A DNA stretch of 64,000 nucleotides from Cyanophora paradoxa CCMP329 (taxonomy: Eukaryota > Plantae > Glaucophyta). The DNA is taken from NCBI GenBank assembly GCA_004431415.1, contig QPMI01000113.1, forward strand, positions 62,001-126,000, read 5' to 3'. Position 1 is the first letter of the stretch. Each line of letters opens with the position of its first letter. Below, piece after piece: positions 39,801 to 49,971 of this stretch. The notes below the pieces were generated by a model. It saw only the letters and a program-made list of their open reading frames with translations, had not been told where the DNA came from and ran no database searches. A program made the translations under genes and the position numbers.

Positions 39801-41336
39801 GGGCCTGCGGAGCAACGACGACGGGGCGGTCTTCTCGCGCTGGGACGAGACCCTCGCCCCCGCCGCCGACCCCGCCTTCCTCGCCCCGCCCCCGGCCCCC
39901 GCCCCGGGCTCCTTCGCCTCCTACGCGCCCCCGACCACCCCGCCGCCTCGGGGCCCCCGGCCCGCGAGGCCCGCGCCGCGCGCGACGGCGAGATCGGGGC
40001 GCGCCGCCTCTGGGCCAAGGTCAACGCGCTGGTGCCGGCGATCCTGCGCGCCGCCCTCGAGGGCGCCAACGCGCTCCCCGCGGGGGCGAGCCGCCGGCGG
40101 CCCTCGCCGACGCCCTCGCCTCGTCCCTCCAGGAGCTCGGTGCCGCCGCCCTCGCGCCTCCCGCGGCCGGCGCGGCGCTCACGGCCCCGCAGGCGTGCTG
40201 AAGCTGCACGCGGCGACGGAGGGGGGCCTGCCGGGGACGCCGGCGTGCGGGGAGGGGGCGGACTGGTTCGACGGGACGAGCTGGGCCTGCTCCGTCCTCA
40301 TCGCCCGCCTCGCGGCCGCCGTCTCGGAGCTCGCGGGGGCCCACGCGGCGGCCTCGCTCGAGGCGGCGGAGGCGGCCTCGCGCGCCGTCGCCCACCACGC
40401 GCCCCTCGTCGCCCTCGCCCTCCAGCGTCCGCCCCCCGCCCCGCCCGGAGCCCCGCCTCGCCCCGAGGCCCCCCGCAGACCTCTCCAGCCACCTCGCCAT
40501 GGCCTTCTTCGTGGGGGGCCCCTCCCCGCCCGGCGCCCCCCGCGGCCGCCTCAACCCCTCCGTGCTCCCGTGCGCCCCCGGCCCCCCCGGGCGCGCCCCT
40601 GGAGGGCCGGGGGTGAGGAGCGGGGCGGGGCGGGGGCCAGGTACCTGCACGCCTTCGTGTACCGGAACCTCCACTGGCTGGCGATGCTCGCGCAGGCGTG
40701 GGCGGCGGCGCCCGTCTTCGCGGCCCCCGCGGGGGCCAAGAAGGGGAAGAAGAAGGAGGCGCCCGCGGCGGCGCTGGCGGAGGCGGTGCGGGGGGCGCGC
40801 GAGGCGGTGCGCGGCGCCGTGGAGGAGCTCCTCGCCTCCCACTCTGACCTCAACGGCCTCCTCGAGCCCGAGGCGCGCCCCGCCCCGCCCCGCGCCGCGC
40901 CGCGCCGTGCGAGGGGGCCTGGGGTGCAGCTCGGGGAGGAGCTCGCCTCGGCGCCCAAGAGCGGGCACGCGATGCACTTCACCCCGAACCTCCCCTCCCA
41001 GGCGCCCCCCGCGGAGCACGAGGGCGGCTGCTGCGGCGTCGGCACCACCCCGGCCCACGCCGAGGCGCTGCGCCGGCGGGGCCTGCCCTACGAGGCCGCC
41101 AAGGCCGCCCCCGTCCCCTTCCTCGCCTCCCCCGAGGCGGCCGCGGTGCGGGCCGAGGTGCTCGCCGGGGTCAGCGGGGCCCACCGGCGCGCCCTCTTCA
41201 CCGCCCTCGAGTTCCTCCGCCAGGTCCCCCTCCGGCCCGCTGCGCCAGCGAGGGGCCCCCCTGACGCGCCCCGCAGCGCCGCCAGATCGTCGCCGCCGCC
41301 GCCGTCGCCTTCCAGTCCCCCGCCCCCGCCAGCTAG
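36846..41336 (+). CDS. NAA25: NatB N-acetyltransferase auxiliary subunit (NAA25/MDM20)
   Basis: LKPIYDALDARNNKQA, LKALAAERLG, PTDEQTL, QQQ|MAMKMYK, LELGLRHSRHNFQFKLLLLRLY, LDLKHIQ|LETL. Confidence 0.9.
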
Positions 41337-42836
41337 CTGCCGGCCGCGGCGACGCCGGCCCCCCGCACGCGCGCGCGCGTTGCGCTAGCGCCGCGGCGCG
41401 CGTGTCTGGACCGGCCGCTGATCTCACGCTGCCCGGCTGGGCGTGATGATTTTTGTTATTGATATCTATAGCTAGATATAGATAGAGTGTATTCATCATG
41501 GCATAGGGCTGTACCGGCGTGGCTGCAACGCCTGGGCCGGGGCTCTCTGAAGACGGGGGAGAGAGTCGGGGAGGGGAATTCGAAGGGGAAACGGGGAGGG
41601 GGGGGTCATCCGATGATCCTGAGGTTATAGTGTCGCGGGCGATGGCAAGTCCGGCTAGAGCTTAGCCGGCTGGACCGGGTGCGGCCGCAGGCCGCGGGCC
41701 GGAAGCCGGCTAGGCGGGGCCGGTCGCGACTTGGCTTGGTGACTTTCGGGCGCAGCCGAATGATTTTCGGTGCAGCGGTTGTTGGGGTTCAGAACCCAAG
41801 TCGGAACCCAATTCGGAATCCTAGAACCGTGAAAGTCCTAGAAAATACTTGCTAGTTTGCAACGCGGGCTAGTATAAGTAGCCGCTGCCCTGCCAAAGTT
41901 GTTATTCTTTGTGAGGCGCACAGCCTCGAAATACTAGCAGCGAAACTCTGCCTCTCTGCGGCTGCACCTTGCCTTAGCAATTAATATTTGGGAGGGCCTT
42001 GCATTGAATTGCACTACTAGCTGGGATCGCATCTCAGGTCTGTTATTAATCTGTTATTAGGCCTCTGGTTAAAACCCTAGACTATATCTGGGCCTTGCCC
42101 GGATTTAACCAGACGCTTAATACGTGGGGGCTGCTCAAAATTTTCAGCTATATAGCTAGCTCTTCAAAGCTAGCTGGCCAACCTCTGCGTCGCGATGCGC
42201 ATAGCCACTGCGCATCCGGAAGTCGTCGCGTACTGACCAGAGCCTTTGCGCATGGTCGCAACTCCTACTATCAACTCGGCGCTACCTGCTGCGCGGGTGA
42301 GCGGACGCTACCGCGCGCCAGCGCTACGCGTCGCTTTAAAAGATGCGTACATGGTCGCCCTGCCTGGGCTAGCTACTAGGCTAGCGCACTAGCAGCCGCG
42401 GCGTGACGCCGCTAACGGGGCGCCGGCATGCGCATGCGCACGCGCGCGCGTACGTCTGCGCCGCGACCAGTGTCTGATCCGGGCCTGCTCGACGCAGCGT
42501 TCGCATCTCAGGCCTAGGCCGGATCGGATTCTGCGGCGCGAGCGCACTCGAGCTCTACAGGCGTGGCATCGCCGGCCGCGGCGGCCGACGGGCGCCGAGC
42601 TCGCCGATTCGACGCCGAGCTCGCGGGGGCCGCCGGGCGCGCTATAGCTAGCTCCGAGGCTCGGGCCCGGGCTCCGGGGCGCCGTCGAGGTCGATCATCG
42701 CGCGCCGCGGCGCGCGGGCGAGGAATCGGAAGCGCTAGAGCTAGCGCTAGATCTAGAACTAGTCGGATCGCCGGGGCGGACCTGCTCGGCGGTTCGCTGC
42801 GGAATTCTGCTGCGGCGGACGTGTTTTGAGTTCGGA

Positions 42837-43997
42837 ATGGCTCCGAATACGCGAAGCGGCGGATCCGGAGGCGCGGGCGCTAGTGGCGGATCCGGGGGCG
42901 GCAGCCAGGGCAGTGGCGGGCCCGGGCGGCGGCTGCAGCTGCGCATGCAGCAGCCGTGCCCGCGGCCGCGGCGGCGGCCGCTCCGGCGGCAAACGCGATG
43001 CCAGCGCTAGCTCCGGGGCCAGCGCCGGTCGCGCCAGTGGCGCCGGTCGCACCAGCGGCGGCTGGGCGCCAGTAGCGATCGGGGCCAGCAACCAGCTGCG
43101 GCGGCAGCTGACGCTGCGTTGGAGGCGCTGAAGAGCAACCTGGACATGCATACACGGCACCGCGAGCTGAAAGAATTTAAGGAGCGAATTCCGGCTTTAA
43201 CAAATACTGGCGTTCTATCGTGGATCGTATCGCTGGAGCGCCTGGCAACTTTTATTCAGCCGCCGAAATTTCTGGAGCCGGACAAGATAGTAGCGGAGCT
43301 CGCAATGTCTTCGCTGCAGCGCTCAGCAAGTGATGATTTGACTGGAGCATTCTCAGCGACGGTGCTGGGTGCTATGGCGTCGAAGGCGGCGGGCGGTGAA
43401 TTTGAGATGACGTCGTGGGCAAAAATTCGTGAGCATCTGATCAGCTTGGTGCCTGGCAATAAATTCGAGCTGCTGAAGAATACGATCAAGACGGCGAGCC
43501 AGCATTTCTCAGCTCTAAACAACCCCACGGAGCTGGATGCTCAGGCTCTTATCAATAACGTTGTTTTATTTCGGCACCTGCTTCAGCTGCAAGACTCGTG
43601 TCCGGACGAGATGTTGATCGCGGAATTAATGTCCCCGGACGCGATCACTTCGCCGGCAATGGTCAAGCTCACAAGCAGAATCACGGAGGGCGCGCGTACA
43701 AATCTGGCCGAGTGGGGTCGCGAATTCTTCAGTCGAGTTCGGTCCCATAACGAGCTGGAAATGAGGCTCCAGCGGGTGAGGGCCAGCGGTGGATTTTCGG
43801 ACGCGTCAGTCTCTCGCGTTGCGGGGGGTGAGCTTGGCAGCAGCAGCAAGAAGCAGAAGACGGGCGGACAGCCTCGTTGGTGTGATGAATGCGAGAGCGG
43901 CTCGCACAACACTGTCGTCTGCATCAAGCGACTTCAGCGGGAGCTGGAGGAGATGCGGGCGCAACACATATACCGTAGTACAACGCCCGGCTTTTAG
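42837..43997 (+). pseudogene. Retrotransposon Gag-like ORF (frameshifted 5' part; no pol downstream)
   Basis: Intronless; IPALT..VLSWI..LE and TSWAKIREHL capsid-like motifs; zinc knuckle CDECESGSHNTVVC (CX2CX4HX4C); frame runs into AT-rich DNA just after the knuckle. Confidence 0.7.
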
Positions 43998-44272
43998 ACC
44001 TCGGCTTATTTAAATTGATCTCGTTAGTATATAACCTGTATTTATAATATATCTATCGTGAATATGTGTGTATTTTATCTGTGATATGTATTTATTTTAT
44101 CGTGAGTTATAGCTTCTTTTTAATAAAATATGTGAAATATGTATAGTTTATGTGAAGTTTATCTATATTCTCGATGAGTAGACTTATATATATCGTGAAT
44201 TTCATTATAGTATAGGTGTGACTCAACTAAGTTTAATTATAACTTGCCTCAGTCTAAAAGCCGGGCGTTGTA
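43979..44272. repeat. AT-rich segment bounded by a perfect 21-bp inverted repeat (MITE-like, or terminal structure of the virus)
   Basis: TACAACGCCCGGCTTTTAGAC (43979-43999) and its reverse complement (44252-44272); the outermost TA could be a target-site duplication. Confidence 0.7.
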
Positions 44273-44392
44273 TATGTGTGTTGTTCTGAATTTTCAATGC
44301 ATAAGCGACGATCATGCGTCGTTTCATCAAAAACAACTACCATGAGCTGCATGGAACGTTCGCGCGCATCGAGATCGATCGGCTACGCACAG

Positions 44393-44650
44393 AAACTACG
44401 CAATTTACCGCAACTACTCAAAGAAACTACGCAATTTAATACCGGGAACTACTGAAAAGATACCAAAACTACGCAACTACGCAACTTTCTGAAAAAGTCT
44501 GAAATTCGGGGCGGGAAAAATTTAGAAAAGTGTAAAACTTGCGTAGTTGCGTAGTTTTGGTTTCGTTTGCGTAGTTTTGGTTCCGAATTGCGTAGTTTTT
44601 CAGGGGAAGTTGAGTAGTTTCATGTAGTTTATATATTATAAAGTAGTTTC
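44393..44650. repeat. Iteron-rich palindrome 1 (AACTACGCAA / TTGCGTAGTT arrays)
   Basis: Perfect 22-bp arms 44463-44484 and 44539-44560 with extra iterons on each flank. Confidence 0.85.
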
Positions 44651-44812
44651 TTATTAATATCAATATGATTCTATGATATATACCATGATTTCTCTACTGA
44701 AAAGAGCGCCGGCATACTACAAGGGAAGCTACGCGATCGTTTCGCACTGCAACACGACCGTTTTATAGGCTACGCAATTGTTTCGCACCGAAATGCATGC
44801 GGACTCCCGGGA

Positions 44813-45080
44813 GACTACGCAACTTTAATTAACTACGCATGGAAACTACGCAATCTGATCGCTTTTAATACCGAAAACTACACATTTAATACCAAAACTA
44901 CGCAACTACGCAACTTTCTGAAAAAGTTTGAGAGTAGGGGGGGAAAAAAATTAGAAAAGTGAAAAACTTGCGTAGTTGCGTAGTTTTGGTATTAAATGCG
45001 TAGTTTCCGGTATTAAGTTGCGTAGTTTAACATAGGTAGTTGAGTAGTTTAAAGTAGTTTTTATTAATTATAAAGTAGTT
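44813..45080. repeat. Iteron-rich palindrome 2 (diverged copy of palindrome 1)
   Basis: Perfect 31-bp arms 44883-44913 and 44968-44998; spacer similar to copy 1. Confidence 0.85.
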
Positions 45081-45192
45081 TATTATTTATCTTATTGTTA
45101 TCAGTCTGAGACTCTATGAAAATCGATTGACCTTAGTGTGAAACAGTGCGCCCCGCCCACTATGCAAGATACATGCCTTTTTAATGCATGAG

Positions 45193-48100
45193 TTATGGGA
45201 CTCCATATGCTGTCCAATGGATTGTGCAAGTGATACTTCGGCTTTCAGATAGAGTAGGGATGCTATGAATGTCACATAAATTGTTGTATAGGTAGATGTG
45301 GAGTTTGAGATTCCAATTCTAAAATCTACATCCCCGGGTTTGTTGCAGGAGTTCCTTCAAGTGTGGCAGTTACAACAGGTGTCTTAGTGTAAAAAGCAGG
45401 ATCCCAATTCAAAACCTGTGCATGCTGTGTTCTCTGACCTGCACTTATAGCACCACTGTAAGCTTGAAATTTTCCTGACTTAAATCGTCTTTCTATATCA
45501 TACCAAGTTGGAAGTTGGCTAATTGTATTCGTGGTTCCCGCATTCATTGCATAAAATGCTCTTGCATAAGCATTTCCGCGACAGAGTAGGGTTTTATCAT
45601 AAAAGTTTGCTGAATTGTGGAAGAACCAAGTTTCCTCATTTGTAGGCGATGCAGGTGTTACTATTGAACCCGATCCTACATACATAGTATTATTTGCTGT
45701 GATCGTATTGGCTGTGAATGGATCAAAAGAAGGCAAATCTGTGATTTCTGATTTAGTATGAGTATGGGCGAAATCTGTTATTTGCGCTCTTGTATGGGTA
45801 TGTGCAAAATCTGTGATTTCTGATTTAGTGTGGGAATGAGGTCCGACAGTTGTAGAAGCTGTTGGTTTCCCGTAAATGTTATCCCAATGCAAGAAGCCAC
45901 TTTGTGATGATACAGCAGGGTTTTTACTCCAACCAACAAGACCCACAAGGTAAATTCTTCCTATTCTTCCTTGAACACCCACTTTACTCAGCCCTTCACA
46001 ATTCACCCCGACATATTGCCTAAACTCTACACTCGGATCAGCACCAGGAGAATAAGCATTTACTCTCGAAAGAGTATAGGAATTGGTTGATGGATAAACT
46101 CCTACAACATCAAAGTATCTACTATTGTATTGACACACATAGAAGATATAGCATGTTTTCATTCCAGCAGGCACAGTCCATAACATCTTGTAGCCACTAC
46201 AATCTTCATCACCAGAAGCCCATGTGTTTGCTCCTGAGTAAGGAGATATAAATGTGAAAAATCTCCAATCACCTGTGCGATCTGTGGAAAGACCATTTGT
46301 GGCATCAAAGTTAATTGGAGATGTGTATGTTGGTTTATTTATCAGATCATCGTAATTTCCTGTCGTTGCAACAGTCGCAAGATTAGGTCTATCTGTGATA
46401 TTTGACCAAGCATGAGTATGGGTTGCAGGAGGGAATGTTAAAGGTTTATCTGTGATATTGTTCCATGCATGACTGTGAGTTTGAAGTGCAACACCCAATT
46501 CGGTTTCATCTATATAATTTTTGCTTTGCAGGTAATCATCTGTAACCACACCTGAAAGGGTCTCATTGTGCAAGTTTTTTGCCGCCATTCTCTGATTGGC
46601 TTCAATAGCCCCACCTGATAGCGTTTTTATCCAAGCGATCTCAGCTTTACTGTAATTATCAGTTGGTTGCCCAACAAGTGGAATATAATTGAGTTTATCC
46701 CGAGTGAAAACTATCTTAGGTCTTGATCCATCCAAGCTGCTGACATCTGTCACATTTACATGGACAGCTGCTGAGAAGTCTTGATAACCCGCAGGATTGG
46801 AGGGAACACCGAACCCATCCTTTGGAATATCGTTTTTGTAATAGCTTGTCACATAGATATTGGGGAAGGTGTCACCTGGGTTAACATAGGCTACATCTTG
46901 CACTCGGAATTGAGGCAAGCTTCGGACAAATAGAGGTCCTGTCATTCCACTGCCTGCATCAGCCCCTTTGAGGTGAACATAGTGCTCATTCAAAATAGTT
47001 CTTTCCGCAATATTGCAGGATTTATAAAGGGAAACCCCATATTCACAGGTTCGACTTTTGAGAATTCAGGTTGGTTATTGATCTCATCCCATGTATGCTC
47101 ATGGGTTGCAGGTGGGAATATTGAAGGTCTATCTGTGATATTCGACCAAGCATGAGTGTGGTTTTGTATCCATCCCTGCACCACATTGGATGTAGTGTAG
47201 TTTGGAATTATAGCGTTTGAACCTACTATTAAATTTTTAATTTGGACATAGTCAGAAGCAATTCGCAGATTTTCGGGATAATAAAGCGATTGCGTTTTTG
47301 GGAAGCCGTAATAATCCTGAATATAGTATCTCACCCTTTGCTTCTCCTCAAACGACAATGCTCTGTTGAAAATGATGTATTCGGCTATATCACCTATGAA
47401 ATAGTTAACACCCATCCTACTGAAAGTTGAAGGTGGAAGGTAATTTGTTCCTGTAAATGTTCCTACATCTTGTCCTCTGATTCCGAAGGTTATGTTGTTT
47501 GAAGTTATGGTGGTGTCCCAATAATTAGCTGAATGGGACGCGTAATTGGTATTCACTCGTGGGGCTGTGTAACCCACTCCATTACTCGTAAAAGAATACA
47601 AGCCAAATAATAAGGAGTTTGCATAGCCAAACTCTATTTTATGGGTTCCATCAGGTGATGCAAAATCTAAATGAACTGTTTGCCAATTTGGTGCAGAGTA
47701 GTGACTGCCTACATAGAACAGTGTCATGCCCTCTGACCAATCAACAGTCACAGAGTAGTTTATGAATGCTGACGCAGTATATCCACCCGACTTTCTTACT
47801 ACTTTTTGGTTGTTGAATGAAGGGTTTGCTACGACAGCACCACTGCTCCCGAAAAATGGAAAGTAATCCCTGAAATAAATGGAACTGCTGATGTCGCCCT
47901 ATTGGGGATGAACTGTGACTGAGGATTTGTATTAACAGGAAGCCCATCCATTCTCATTGTTAGAAGGCATTTCGGTGTGGTTTTGGCAGGGTCAGTGTTG
48001 GAAGTAATGGGGTAATAGGGTGGATCATAGTAGACATCGATTTCTGTATTTCCGTCTCCTATTTTCAGCTTTCCCTTTACATTCAGGTTACATGTAACTG

Positions 48101-49933
48101 TAAGATTGCTACCAATCCAAGCGGATCCTGTGTTGCTACTGTTTATTGATTTCACTGTTCCATGCACATCCAAATTACTTGTGGTAAGATTGCTTGTTAT
48201 AATAAGATTTCCATCTATTGTTCCCCCTGATTTTGGCAAGTAGTTGTTGAGCCACCCTAATGTAACATTACTACTTGTGAGAGGAGCCAAGAGTTCGTTT
48301 AATGTAGCTGCACTCACCTTCGAGACAAGCCATCCCTGAACAGTATTTGAAGAGGTTAGAGGAGCTATTTGAGCATTCACAGTTGCTGTATCAGCCTTAG
48401 TAGCAAGCCATCCCTGAACTGTGTTAGAGGAGGTTAGAGGAGCTATCTGGGCATTCACAGTCACTGTATCAGCCTTTGGAGCCAACCAACCCTGCACCAC
48501 ATTGGATGTAGTGTAGTTTGGAATGGTAGCGTTTGAACTAACTATTATGTTCTCAATGTGAACATAATCAGCAGCGATTCGTAGATTGTCAGGATAATAC
48601 AGTGATTGCGTTTTTGGAAAACCGTAATAATCCTGAATATAATATCTCACCCTTTGCTTCTCCTCAAATGACAAGGCTCTGTTGAAAATGATGTATTCGG
48701 CTACATCACCTATGAAATAATCGACTCCCATTCGATTGAAAGTGGAAGGGGGAAGGTAATTTGTTCCTGTAAATGTTCCTACATCTTGTCCCCAATACCA
48801 AAGGTTATAGCATTAGAAGTTATGGTGGTGTCCCAATAATTGGCTGAGTGTGAGGCATAGTTAGTATTAACTCGTGGAGCTGGGTAACTCACCCCATTAC
48901 TCGTAAATGAATACAAGCCAAATGATAAAGATGACCCATACCCAAATGCTATTTTATGGGTTCCATCAGGAGAACCAAAATCTAAATGAATTGTTTGCCA
49001 ATTTGTTAATGAATAGTGACTGCCTACATAGAACAGTGTCATGCCCTCTGACCAATCAACAGTCACAGAGTAGTTTATGAATGCCGCCGCAGTATACCCA
49101 CCTGACTTTCTTACTACTTTTCGGTTGTTCAATGCAGCATTAGCTGCAACAGTTCCACTACTTCCCCAAAATGGGAAAGTAATCCCTGAAATAAATGGCA
49201 CAGCTGCTGTCGCTCTATTGGGGATGAACTGATTGTAAGGATTTGTGTTAACAGGAAGCCCATCCATTCTCATTGTATAGAGGCATTTCGAAATGGTTGT
49301 AGCAGGGTCAGTGTTGGAAGTAACAGGGTAATAGGGTGTGTTATAGAAGACATCAATGTTTGTATATTTGTCTCCAATTCGCAAGTTACTGGTAACTGTA
49401 AGGTTTTCATTTATTTTCAAATTGCTTGTGATCGTTCCACCAACAAGAGATAGGTAGTTAGACGAAACAAAGTTTTGAGTAGCCACAGGCATTTTTTGTA
49501 TATATATGTTACTTGCCCCAATTATAGGTGCCACAATGGGCACATCCGAATTAACGAGATTGCAAGTGATGGAAAAAATCGTTTTGGGGGCGAACAGATT
49601 GCAATCAAAGGTCACAGTGGCGGGATCGATAGTAGGATCGACATTTGAACAGATCTGAAACATCCACCCACCCACACAGTTGCAATTTAAATTGCGAAAG
49701 GCTGTGCCTGCCATTGCATCCACATAGCCAATCCCATTTGCAATGTCATAGATGTGACCAAACTCGTAACCGAAAAGGTCATTCCATAGGTTAGAAGCCA
49801 TAGCTCCCATCACATAGCCTTTTAGATTAACAATTAGGTCATTGGATTCACTGGGTATATTGGCATGGGTTATATAAAATTGATTATCCAATACAGCATT
49901 CTTTACTGTCGTTTCTACTATGGGTTCCGTCAT
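45193..49933 (-). CDS. Giant fibre/spike-like protein (~1,580 aa once five single-base frameshifts are corrected; ORF-track pieces 48779-49933, 47829-48731, 46990-47751, 45326-46993)
   Basis: Duplicated LamG-like domain ending GD(I/V)AEYIIFNRALSFEEKQRV; phage tail-fibre repeats HTHAWSNITDRP, LATVATTGNYDDLINKP, HTHTKSEITDF; C-terminal ...TIHWTAYGVP*. Confidence 0.75.
47170..49385. repeat. ~0.9-kb internal duplication (~47170-48070 vs ~48490-49385) with three 78-bp repeats between the copies
   Basis: Near-identical nucleotide blocks ~1.32 kb apart; APLTSSNTVQGWL(A/V)xK repeats. Confidence 0.85.
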
Positions 49934-49971
49934 TATTTCTCTATTATGGCATAATACAAAAATTAGGGTCG

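Noticed and set aside
1-41400. Many long Arg/Pro/Gly/Ala-rich ORFs in the ORF track (e.g. 3433-5259, 20951-23023, 37178-39064)
   Set aside because: Shadow frames caused by extreme GC content; the real genes are spliced and lie in other frames or on the other strand.
42069-42080. Telomere-like AAAACCCTA motif
   Set aside because: Single copy, not an array.
41400-42836. Possible LTR/primer-binding site for the gag element
   Set aside because: No second LTR copy or convincing PBS can be identified within the window.
44393-45080. Possible CRISPR array
   Set aside because: Repeats are ~10 bp, irregularly spaced and switch orientation around a centre; no uniform unique spacers and no cas genes.
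47170-49385. Template/variable repeat pair of a diversity-generating retroelement
   Set aside because: Both copies are coding, differences are not adenine-specific, and no reverse transcriptase is present.
45193-49933. Programmed frameshifting or phase variation in the fibre gene
   Set aside because: All breaks are single-base losses, mostly in short homopolymers, and similar breaks occur in pPolB and host genes. Long-read indel error or early decay is the simpler explanation; accurate reads are needed.
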